DNA from: Paraspadella gotoi
Lineage: Eukaryota; Animalia; Chaetognatha
Reading direction: 5' to 3'
DNA: 64,000 nucleotides
Assembly (NCBI GenBank): GCA_051294375.1
Contig: CM119271.1
Span: forward strand, 15,754,770-15,818,769
Made by a program: the position numbers and the translations under genes. Positions 52,384-64,000 of the stretch are shown in pieces. Positions within the stretch are counted from its first letter, which is position 1. Each line of letters begins with the position of its first letter. The notes beneath the pieces are model-generated. The model searched no databases. It was not told the DNA's origin and saw only the letters and a program-made list of their open reading frames with translations.

Positions 52384-54148
52384 TCAGCTTTGACTGAGGA
52401 CGGGAATGTCGGCGGCTTCGGCGTGACCGATCGGGTCGTCCTTCTCCTCGCAATCCGCGTCGCCGGCGCCGTTCTCCTTGGAGGCGTCGACGCCGTTTTC
52501 CTTCGGAGACGGCGGCGCCGCCTCCACCGGCGTCTCGGCGGCGTCCTCTTCGAACATGGTCTTGAAGATGCGCTGGTACGCTCTCTTCTCCTTGTTTTTC
52601 TGTTCCTTCACTTTTTGCGAACAGAGGGCGGCCTTGTTCTTGGCCGCTTTGTTTTCTGGCTCCGTTCGCAGGACGTGGAGAAAGTCTTCGCGCGCCGCCT
52701 CCCATTCTCTTTGCAACATCAACGCCTCTCCGCGACGGAAGTGACCCTGGGCCAAGAAAGAGCGTTTTTTAAAACCACGTTTTAAACATAAACGTATAAA
52801 ATTGAAAAGAGAAAGACCACCTTGACGTTATCAGGTTCGAGTTCCAAAGCGGCTTCCGCGGCCTGAACGCAGTCGTAGCTTTGCCCGAGTTTTAAGTAGC
52901 ACATGGAGAGATTAAGTCGAGCGGCGAGGAGGAGTTGATTAGCGCGTTCGAGGAGCTCCTCCTCCTCTATTTCCGCCTCGGCGTCCTTCGGGTCAGATAA
53001 CAATTATTTATTCATAATAAATAAATAATAAATATTTTGTTTACACAAATATCGATTGTTTATATTTTTAAATACTAATAAAAGGTAAATAAGATCGACG
53101 GACTACGACGAGAGTTTGTGTCCAACAACATATCATCGCAGGATTAACAAGATCGTGAAAAGATTCACGAGGCAAAAACAATCTCTCTCTCTCTCTCGCT
53201 TGATAAAATCGTGGTCACGTGATTGGTTGGAATCAACCAGTCAGCTCAACAGAAAAATGGAAACAATGGTTCCATTGGCGTCTCGCATCTCGCATCTCGC
53301 GTCTCGGATCCCTTTCTCTCGCTTGAAAAAAAATCATTGTTCTCTAGCATTATCCTAGAATTATTTGCTTAGTTACTCCTGAGTGAGTTTCACCGTCGAT
53401 ATTTCTCCTTAGTAATTCATCTCAGAATTTGACCATTTTCTATTATATGAGGACAGCTGTCGGATTGAGAGACTGATGTTTATTTAAAATCCCTTTATAT
53501 TTTTCTCGTTAATATTAACCCTTTTCAACAGTATTCATTTTTCTCCTTCACTACTCCACACCTTGTAAAGTAGCTTTTTGAGGTAGTTTTGAAAACTGGC
53601 CTAAAGCTCTACTCCTATTTTCAATATCAATATCAATACCTTGAGATAATGATCGGTCACGCGAAGATACTGCTTGACGGCGAGATTGAGCTTCCCCGCC
53701 TTGAAGTAGATCGTCCCCTGCTGCTTGCAGGATTCCGAGGCCGTCACCTTCTCCTTGTGGTCCATCTCCCAAGGCTCTTTCGCTAAAAACGAGGAAAAAT
53801 AATAGATAAGCGATATTAAATAATATGTATATAAATTAAAATTGCCAAACCTTTGTCCAGCTTCTTCAGCTCAACCTCGTAGCGGACTTCAGCGTCGGCG
53901 GGCACGCCCAGCTTCTCGTCGCCCGCGGAGCCAAAGGCGTACTTGGGCTTGAAGACGGCCTCGGCCTTCTCGCCGAGACTCATATCCTTAACGAGAGTTT
54001 CCAGGCCTTCGAAGACGCCCACGTCTTCGCCCTCGCCGACGACAAAGTCAACGAGAGCGCGGTCGTCAAAGGGAGCGGCGTCGGCGCTCAGACGGCCCAC
54101 GAGAGATATTTCAACCTGAGTGAGTGAGAGATAGAGAGAGAGAGAGAT

Positions 54149-54195
<47 letters not shown>

Positions 54196-55083
54196 GAGAG
54201 TTACATTTTAGCATTAAATAAAAAGACAACTACAAGACGAAGACCATCGTAATATTTTAGACAAAAAAAAAAAAAAAATCAAACCCGCAAATAAATCCAC
54301 ACCCCTCCTCTGATCCTTCAACCTACCCTGTCGCCGTCGACGGGCTTTTCGTATCCTTCGCCTTTAACGACGACGCTCTTGATGATTCCTTCGTCTTTGT
54401 CCTCCGAGAGGTCGGCCCCTTTCCAGCTGAAGAGCTCCACCTCGAAGACGAGCGTCGAGTTGGGCGGAATCTTCGGCGGAGATCCCGTCTCTCCGTAGGC
54501 GAAGGAAGGAGCGCATTTGAGAAGAGCCACCTGGGGTGGGTCAACGATTTATACAAAGTACAGAAAGTACATTCAATTCAATTAAAATCCAAAATCACTA
54601 TATCCTGTTAAATTCTCGACTAGTCATCGCCCTGTGACGATATCCTAAATTCGTCTCCTTTCCCTTCTAATTCGTCCCATTTTATCTCCAGTCTCCACTA
54701 TCAGACGATAGACAATTAGACATGTATAATTTTTATTCATATATAAATTTCATAAAAAATGGAAGGCATTTCCTCTCTCTCACCTCTCCCTTGGTCATAG
54801 TCGAAACACCGAGGTCCCATCCTTTAATGACGACTCCTTTGCCCAATTGAAACTCGAAGGGATCGCCTCGTCCGCGACTGGAATCGAACTCGGTCCCGTC
54901 GAGGAGCCTTCCCACGTAGTGCACGACGACGTGGTCGCCATCGCGCGGGCGTCCGGCGGAGGCGTCGCCCGGACGCTTGACAAGCTTGATTACGCCTCCG
55001 TCACCGTCGGGCGAGAGGTCAACGCCGGCGGAGAAGTCCGTTTCCGATTCGGAGGGTGCCTTCGTTTCCTTCGCTTCCGTCAT
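52384..55083 (-). CDS. FKBP4: FKBP4/FKBP5-like PPIase (two FKBP domains plus TPR), 6 exons
   Basis: [50 protein letters not shown], a second FKBP domain, and TPRs ([24 protein letters not shown]). Confidence 0.93.
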
Positions 55084-55682
55084 CTTTTTTCTTTGTTTAT
55101 TTTATTATTTGTTTATTAAATTGTTTTGTTTTTTTTGGCGGAAAGAATTGACGAGAATCGCCGATGGGCGGAAAGGAAGAAGATTTTGTCGTTTGTGATT
55201 AATTATTTGATTATTTTGGCGGGAAAAAAGGGGAAAAGTGGATACGACTCGAATGTAAGACGCAGAACTGAGAGAAAAAGACTTAGAAAAAATTAGGGAA
55301 TTACGATCGGGAGATGCGGACCGAATTCGAAATACGGAAAAAGAGAAAATTCAGCGGCTAATAAATTTAATCATTAACATTAGGTTTTTGACTATTCTTT
55401 TCTCATAAAAAGAGAGAGTTGGACAAGTTAACGCGAAAATTTGAACGAGAATGTAATTAAAAATTAGTCAAGTTTTTTTTTCGGTGAATTAAGATGAGTT
55501 AAGAAGGAATGACAAATCGTTGAGGCGTTGTTCTCCAATATGGACGGAATCGCCAGACGAAAGGACCAATCGTCCGCTGGATGCAGTGGGTCTTCATCGT
55601 CAAGACTCGGGCGACCCTCGTCCAGAAGGCAACTAGGCCCCGGACGCAAGAGATCTCTCTCCGCTCTCTCTTTCCCATTCGA

Positions 55683-55802
55683 TTAGTCTTTCTCCTTGTT
55701 CTTCGGATTGTTGACTGATACGTAGTGATAGAGAACTACCAAGAGAAAGAGACTAACTCCCAACACGTTGGCGAAAATCGCCAATTGAACGTCGGATATC
55801 AT
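55683..55802 (-). CDS. OST4: Oligosaccharyltransferase subunit 4 (39-aa microprotein)
   Basis: Translates to [39 protein letters not shown], nearly identical to animal OST4. It is below the ORF-track size cutoff. Confidence 0.96.
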   Translation of the reverse strand: MISDVQLAIFANVLGVSLFLLVVLYHYVSVNNPKNKEKD

Positions 55803-57396
55803 TTTTCTTGACGGCGGCTGGAGAAAGTTTCGAGCTTCGCGATGGACGCAAAGTGTCACAAATTTGACCAGAGGCCTAAGTCTTTTATTTAAAAACTGGA
55901 AGAAATAAAAAAAAAAGATTGTATTTTTTCAAAGATTAAATGATAATTTTTTTTGTACTACGATAATGTAAATATACGGTGGAGATAATAGATATAAGAG
56001 AGAAAGAAAAGACGGGGGGGGAGGGGCGGATGGGAAAATGGAATAAAAATAAATCTATAAAACGAATTAATTTTTTTTTCGACGCGCGTCGAAGATCTCA
56101 ATTTTTTTCCCTACATTAAAACTACAAAAAGGAATCGTTGTAGATAGTAAAGGGGCCCGATAGTTAAGATACTGGTTTTATTTTTGCGCAACGACCCGTG
56201 CGCCTTTGTGAAAAACCTGGAACGAAATAAAAAAAATGGGGGAATAAAAAGTTTCAATGGATTTTTGGAGAATCGAGAATAAATTGATTGGTGGGGCGAG
56301 GAAGTTAATCTCTTCATAATTGATTCTAAACGCATCTTTAAAAAGTAAAGAGGGTGGCGGGGAAACCGAGAGATAAAAAATAGAAACACCGTTCGTAACT
56401 CGACCCACAATCCTACAAAACCCGCCCGGATGAGAGAGAACGCTTCGGGAAACAACATCCGGACCGGGAAATGGGATTTTGCGCCAATACGAAACTTAGG
56501 GAAAAGACAGAATATCAAATGGAATAACAAAAATATATATTTATATATATATATCGCGCAAATTCGATATCAACGAAAGAAAATTTTAAAAAATCCGAGT
56601 TTTCGTAATAAAATCGAAAAGGAAAAAAATTGACTATGACGTTATGCTTTAAATATATGTACGCGGAAACGTTCCCCCGGCACAAATACAACTTAATCGA
56701 TGCTGTACTAATTGAGAAAAACTAAACAAAAAAACAAAACAAAACAAAAAAACAAAACAAAACAAAAAACGGACAGATCATCTGGTGGTAACAGTTAAGT
56801 AATAGAGACGCGGAAAAAAAATAATATAATAAAAAAAATTACGATGAAAACGTAATGTTTTTCTTCGTCGAGAATCGGTAGTCGCTACTACTAACAAATT
56901 GAACTAAAATATAATTAGATGCTTTATGTCCTGGAATACTTTTGAATCATTCTCAAAATGAACCCCAGATTCCATTTAAACCGTCATCCCGTCCTCGCAA
57001 ACAGGAAAATGGTAGACATTTATCGACAAAATTGCCCCGATCGATTTGCCGTTAAATCTAATTGAATGCAACTTTGCAATTCTATTTAAAGAAATTCGTT
57101 CGTACGATGCAACCGAACAAAACCGAATAAAAATTGGGTTTTGTAACGCGAGTTTCACGAACGCAACGAAACGGGGAACAAGGATGATTTGCAACGAACC
57201 ACTTATCAATTCCATCTGGGAGAAAGTCGAGGGTCATCGAGGGTCAATCGCGGGGTGACAAAGCTCACGGCGAGAAAGGTCTGGAGGGGGGGAACACGAT
57301 AAATTGTATCATGGTGGGGAGACAAGTCACGGCGACATGGGCGCGGCGTGAAATGTCACGGGGACAAGGTCAATTGTATCGTGATGGCGAGACGAG

Positions 57397-60300
57397 TCAC
57401 GGGGACATTGTTAACTCCATGGGCGTGGCGAGACCGGGAGATCCGAGGGAATCGTTGGAAGCCATCGACGCCGACATGATGGAGGGAAGAGACTTGAGCG
57501 GCGGAGAAGCGATGCCCATGACTCCAGACTCGATCTTCTCTTTGCAATCCCCCATCAACTCTTCCAAAAACTAAACAAATATTAAAATAAATAAATAATT
57601 AAATTTTACTTTGTATTCTCTCTGCATTGGGCCGCATCCGTCCCTTCACCTTCCGCGTTTCGGCGTCCATCTCGGCGCTGGTGATGTTGAAGCACTGTTC
57701 CGCCAACTCCATCTGATTCGCGGATTTTCCCGAGAGAAGCTCAGAATAAAGATAGACGCCCATCCCTTGATCCTCCATCAAGAATTTCGTCACGTCGGGA
57801 TAACCTTGAAAGGGATGGGATTTTATATTTTATACACATATTTTCCAATGTTACAATTATACAACGCCTTTGCCATTTTTTTTTTTCAGTTTAACACTAT
57901 CTAGTATAAGTTGTGCCTCTATCTTGTGATAATTTTTTTTGGTACCTATTCTTTTAGTGAAGTTGAGTTAAGTTACTAAAAACTAAAAAAAGTCCATGTC
58001 ATCGAAGGAAAAACTCATGTAATTAAATTTTCATTTTAAATAAAAAAGGAGGCGATGGGCAACCTTGCACGTAAGAGTGTTTGATGACGAGCTCGCACCA
58101 CCGATGCCGAACTTCGGCGTTGCAGTTGTGAAGTTTAAAAGTGGATCGAAGAGAGCAAAGAGTCTTGTGCGCCAGCAGGTTCTCTTCAAGGAGATAATCG
58201 AGGAGAAGACATATTTGATCCTGCCACAAATCTGGACCGGGAATTGGGGGGAGGGGTAGAGTAGTAAGATTGGAACAAGAGAGATACTGCTGTATAAGAG
58301 AATGAAGTTACTGGAATTGGGGCTGAAACTTGATCCTGTCTTTTGCTTCTTCTTATGATGCGGCATGGCGGCGGGCTCCCGTTCGTACTTGAGATTCTGG
58401 TCGTTTTGACTTCGCCATTTTCTCACTTCCTTCTTCACCGCCTCGATCAACTCGTTCTTTTCGTTTATCGTCGTCTTCAAAATCATAGTATTCTTTCGTT
58501 ATTAAATTATTACCTTATCATTATTATTAAATTATTGTGATTGTTAACATATTATTATGATTAACTTAAGAACATTCATTATAGTCATTAAGTTTAGTTT
58601 TTAAAATGAAGACGTCCAAACCTCAAACTTTTCAAGCTTGGGCGGCATCCCCGGTTTGTCGAGCCACTCGTTCATGATTTCGGCCATGGATATCTTTCCC
58701 TGAAGGCCTCCTTGGCCGGCGGGGGCGTCCTTGAAGGTGCTGAAGAAGAAGTGGAGAAAATCTTGGGACTTGACCTGTTGACCGTGGAACTGTTGGACGT
58801 ATTTGGCCAGCATGTCGATGAACTTCTCTTGACCGACGAGGGACGCCAGATGACGGAGGAGGAAGAAGCTGTAGTAATAGTAAAGGTGACGTGAATTTTT
58901 TTTTAAATTTTGCTTCGCACGACTGTCAGTCAGTGAATTTTCAAATTTTCTTAATCACTTTTTTAAATTAAATTATGTTAAATTCACCGATTTTAAACTG
59001 ACTACGAGACCTTCGACCAATGACTCGTATAAAAACAAAATATATAAATTCGATCACGATGTAATCTAAACATTCATTTTTAAATACAAATAATGCAAAT
59101 CAACCGAATTTAATACCAAATAATACTCAAATTTAACATTAAAAAATTGTAAATTAAATTTTGAATTAATTCCTATTTATTTAACAAACCCTTTCAGGTA
59201 GTGAACTTGAGTGAAGGCCTTGTAAGGGTTGAGCCCGTTCTTCAGGACTTGCTTGCTGCTGAGGGCGCCGGCTCCGGGACGCAGAGTCTGCAGCTCGGCG
59301 GGTGAGTTGGCGAGTTCGTCCCTCAGTTGACGGAACCGAAGCAGAGCCTTCAACTCTTGCCAATGTTTGGGAATCTGAAGAAAATCCAAATCTTAGAGTA
59401 TGATCTTTAAGAAGGCCGTCACCCTTCCCAACTCCCTCGTCGACTGACCTCGAGATTGGCGGATTCAAAGGTCTCGACGGTGGCGTGGAGAAAATCCTCC
59501 ATGTAGGAGCAGAAGCCTTCGGTGAGCCATTCCTCGGTCGGGTCTTTGGCGCCGACGAGGAGGCCGAACCAGGAGTGGGTCACTTCGTGCGCCACGCGGA
59601 GGCACATCGACATGTCGTCTAGAAAAAGGAGACAAATATTTGAAACCAGTAACAGGAATAGGTCTTGATAGAAAATTGGGATAGGATAGAATGTAAGAGA
59701 TAGATTCTTAGAATAATACTAAATGAGATCATCAATCTCATTTGCATATAGTAGTGAATCATTTTAAGGCCCATTGATTTATGTTCCGTTTTATTAATAG
59801 GCATATTTTTTTATTTTTGGGTTTTACAATGTTTTTTCTACATTGTTTACTCCTATAATCATACTACTCGTCTCCCTGGGCGCCGGCAGGAACGAAGACG
59901 AAGTCGAAGACGAAAACGAAAACGAAGACGAAAACGATAACGAAAACAGTGACAAAAAGGACAACCACGATAACCACAAATCTTCTCTTTGTTTCAGGCT
60001 TCGTTGTATATTTTATTGTTTCGTCTGATTTCGAAAAAGTTTGGATTTTGATCGTTACATAATTTTTATTTAGGCTATACGTTATAGAGATAACAAAACG
60101 AAATAGTAGTAGTAGTACTCGATTGTCATTTTTGGCATTCGTAATTTCGTATCATTCGTGTCGCACTCATGTTTGTCATTGTCTTTTTGGGCATTGCAAC
60201 TGGGATTGTCATTTTTATCATTTTCACTGTCGTTTTTATATTTCGTTGGCCAAACCCCTTCCTCCCTCCCCCCCCCCCCATTGTATTCACTCGCGAGCAG

Positions 60301-60441
60301 CGATTGGCTGAGGAATATGAGGCAAGGGCTGGTGAGGCCGAGACCGCGGAAGCAGCGCGGGACGAGTAGGAGGTCGAGGCGGGGGAACGGGTGAGTCCCG
60401 AGGTTGAGGTGACACCCGTGGAGAGCCGCGACGGCGTAGCC

Positions 60442-60478
<37 letters not shown>

Positions 60479-61287
60479 AGTCGGTGTAATTAAAATGAAG
60501 TTCGTTCTCGTTTAAGAGTGAAACTTACCCGAAAGTTCCGTCGTGAATCTGAGTAAGAGACTTTTGGGTCCGAACATCCGCAGCGGAACGACGGGACATC
60601 GCTTCACGAGACTCGTGTCTTTGCACTTGACGGCGGCTGAGGCAGGGAAAGTATAATTTAACCTTACTTTTATCACTTATACTTATACTTATATCACTTT
60701 TATCATCGAATTATTTTTTAGGGTGAGGTTCTAGCAATCCATCTCTCACCAAGGCGGCACGGGTAAGGTTCGTGGCCGCAGCCATCGTTGGGAAGGTAGA
60801 GCTGCTTTGGTTCGAGGCGATCGAGACAAACGTCGAGGTTGATGTCCACCACTTCCGCCTCTTCCCAAAACCCGACGGCGATGGCGATGCAGGCGTGGGG
60901 AAGCGGGACCTGCAAAAGGTTCGAGTTCTTCAATCTCATTTACATATTGCAGCAGTTTAGATCATTTCTCGCTTCTTTCGATGCCGCTTTCATAGAAGTC
61001 TTAATTTACTATTTTACCATTGCTGTTAATAATAATGTTTTTCTATTTCATCGCTATACTATTGCTCATAAATTAAATTATTAACATTTCTTAATATTTA
61101 TTATTGTTTCTGTACCGTTGAGTGGTAGTAGGAGCGAACGAGGCCGGGAGAGGAGGGAGAGGCGCCGCCCCTGGCCTTTCCCTCGGGTTTAGCCGCCTCC
61201 ACTCGGGCGTTACATTCGCCTGGAAGAGAGAGGGAGTGGATTTTTAATAGTATCTGTCGGTCTGTCTCTCTCTCTCTCTCTCTCTCA

Positions 61288-61349
<62 letters not shown>

Positions 61350-61362
61350 TCTCTCTCTCTCA

Positions 61363-61439
<77 letters not shown>

Positions 61440-61453
61440 TCTCTCTCTCTCTT

Positions 61454-61505
<52 letters not shown>

Positions 61506-61547
61506 CTCTCTTCTCTTCTCTCTCTCTCTCACTTTCTCTCTCTCTCT

Positions 61548-61580
<33 letters not shown>

Positions 61581-61657
61581 TCTCTCTCTTCTCCTCTCTC
61601 TCTCTCTCTCTCTCTCTTTCTTCTCTCCTTTCTCTCTCTCTCCTCTTTCTCCTCTCT

Positions 61658-61689
<32 letters not shown>

Positions 61690-61713
61690 TTCTTCTTCTC
61701 TCCTCTCTCCTCT

Positions 61714-61767
<54 letters not shown>

Positions 61768-61781
61768 TCTCTCTTCTCTCT

Positions 61782-61824
<43 letters not shown>

Positions 61825-63531
61825 TCTTCTCTTCTCTTCTCTCTCTCTCTCAACGACAAACCTGTCATGAGGCAAACGGCGGCGGAGTTGTGTTCGACGA
61901 AGGCCTCCCACGTCGAGGTGACGTGGGGCGCATCCTGACAGGGAAAGAGGCCTCGGTTGTTGACGCTGGATCCTTGGGTGAAGACGGCTGGGAGTCCGTC
62001 CTGATCCCGCGCCCACGTCACCGACGGTGAGTCGTTGGCCGCTCCGCCCTTCCCGCTGTGAGGCGGGATGCGGTACATGATTCTGAGGAGCGAATGAATG
62101 AATGAATGAATACAAAGAAATGAACGAAATGATAATGAAAGAACGAAGATCTCCCCTCGACCTAACCTGACGACTTTGGGAAAGTTGTCGACGTTGTTGA
62201 CGCCCGGTTTGTGGATCTTGATGCACCACTCTTCCGTCCGGTGTTTGAGAGGCGACGTGGGACAGTCCAGACACTTTTTGTAGTGGGGCAATTTCTGTTT
62301 GAAGTTCACTGGAGAGGGTGAAAGCGATTTCGATAATGTGACTGCAGGACAAGGATCAGTTCCAAATGCTTCTCCAAGTCTCAACGACTTCATTCAATCT
62401 CTCGTGGACGACCCTCTTCAAACCTGGACTGCAATCGAAGGTCTGCTTCAACTGCGCCTCGGGGACTTTGATCTCCTCGACGGACGTGACGGAGAGTTGG
62501 GAATGATCGAGGACGAGTTCGAAATTCTTTGATCCCGCGGATCCGGGGGATTTAGATTTATTGGATTTCACTGAGAGGGGGAGGGAAGGGTTATGAGGAT
62601 TTAAATGATAAAATTATTAAAGTAGTACTAAATTAAATATTATTTATGTAGTTTTTCAGGGAACTCATTTTGGCAAGATTTAGAGTTTAAATTTTAATAG
62701 GAAAATGCCTTCATCAGAGGTACAAATATGAATAGAAATAAGTTTCCTTGAAATACGTAAAGTTTTAGAAACAAAGAATTAAAAGCAAATTAATCTAATT
62801 ATTATAATTTCTTCATCATTTTCCTTATTATTTACTTTTGGGTCCTTTGGTGGCGATGGGATTCGGAGCGAGGAAGAGGGTGATGGATCCGCCGAGCGTC
62901 TGCTTCTCCAAATCGCAAGAGAGTTGAAGGACGAAGTGTTTGACGAGGATGTCGTCCACGTTGGCCAACATCGGGAGGTCGGACTCGGCCGGAAACGCGA
63001 AAGGATCGATCCCGCCTGAAGGGAGGTTTAAATTGTTGGTAAAGAGTTTAAGAACTTGAGTTTGATATACTCACCCATCGTGGCTGACGCGGCGCTCGAC
63101 GGTCCGGCGGTTGAGGCGGCGGGTGCGGCTCGGGCCGGCGAAGATTTGTTGGAGTGACTCGTGGCGGGCGACTTGGCGGCGTCGCTGGCGGCGCCGACGA
63201 CTGCGTTATTAACTTTCTTGGATTTAAACCCTCCGAAGCCGCTCGATCGCTGCGGGAGAAAATAACATAAGGCGGGGGTAGTTGGGTATTTTCTGGGCAC
63301 TGCCAGTTATAAACTAGCGCCTACTCTTGTGGCATGCTAGTTAGGAAATAGCGCCTACTTTTGTGGCATGCTAGTTAGAAAATAGCGCCTAATTCTGTGA
63401 AAATGCCCGTTAAGAACAAGCCCTTACTTTCGTATGACTGCCAATTAGGAATTGGCGCCTACTTGTAGTGGCATTGCTAGTTCAGAACTCACCCCTACTT
63501 TTGTGGCACTGCCAGTTCCGCCACTGGACAT
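57397..63531 (-). CDS. AOPEP: Aminopeptidase O (M1 family), multi-exon
   Basis: DLPMLANVDDILVKHFVL, NNRGLFPCQD, HPFPRLDLLLVP, HEVTHSWFGLLVGAKDPTEEWLTEGF (HExxH-x18-E), FTQVHYLKG, NAEVRHRWCELVIK, FLMEDQGMGVYLYSEL. The start at 63531 is inferred. Confidence 0.92.
61262..61851. repeat. About 590-bp degenerate (CT)n/(GA)n tract filling an AOPEP intron
   Basis: Directly visible polypyrimidine/polypurine tract. Confidence 0.97.
63290..63517. repeat. About 34-bp minisatellite, about 6.5 copies, spanning the AOPEP first coding exon/intron boundary
   Basis: Minus-strand unit is approximately AACTAGCATGCCACAAAAGTAGGCGCTATTTCCT. Confidence 0.88.
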
Positions 63532-64000
63532 GAGGATGTCGGAGATCTGGTCGAGACCAACGAGTTCATTCGCGGAACGACTCAAAATTCAAATTCGCTC
63601 TACTCGTTTGTTACGTAGTTTTTTTTAGTTTTTTTTTATGGATCGTGATGTCTCCAGGTTTTTTCCATTACGTTTTGTCAGTATGATTGGTTTTGTTCAG
63701 GATTGACTAAAAATGACAAAATGAAAAAGGTCAAAAAAATTAATTACGAAGATGAAAACATAGTTGTCGGCGCGAGTTGTACGTTGATTATATATTAATT
63801 AGCAAAATGAAATGATGCCCCGTGTGAAAGAATCCGGCGAAGCAGATCCGACGGTTTGATTGATTGATTGATATTGAGACGAGGAGCCACTGGCCGCACT
63901 GCATCGAAAAAATTTGAAGAGAAGGTCTTACTTAATTCAACTCAACGCACATCAGCGAAAAATCATTCATTCCTCATTATTAAGAATTGGCATTCCGTTT

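Noticed and set aside
55560-55605. SECIS element in the OST4 3' region
   Set aside because: No opposing GA quartet or apical AA motif, and OST4 has no in-frame UGA.
61101-62393. 430-aa and 330-aa ORFs with long RE/ER runs
   Set aside because: They read through the intronic (GA)n microsatellite. Only the flanking parts are AOPEP exons.

Overview
Eukaryotic, most likely invertebrate metazoan, genomic DNA with GC-rich exons and short AT-rich GT-AG introns. The species cannot be assigned from the sequence. Sixteen recognisable genes all lie on the minus strand. In transcriptional order (right to left) they are AOPEP, OST4 (39 aa, absent from the ORF track), FKBP4/5, AK6, TMEM63/CSC1, a short LRPPRC-like PPR gene, DSCC1, an intronless TPR/beta-helix/MYND gene, GID4, TMEM126, a NEU1-like sialidase, a taperin/phostensin-like gene, LENG1, an intronless CYP2-clan P450, actin and NNT. 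One orphan coding-like exon is also on the minus strand. Several intergenic gaps are only about 100-500 bp, and most start codons are preceded by a splice acceptor with no coding-exon donor to pair with. This suggests operon-like polycistronic transcription resolved by spliced-leader trans-splicing (inference). Introns carry MITE/foldback palindromes, two dispersed repeat families, splice-site-anchored minisatellites and (CT)n tracts. AAG 3' splice sites are unusually common. Gene identities come from recalled family motifs, not database searches, and exon boundaries were read by eye.
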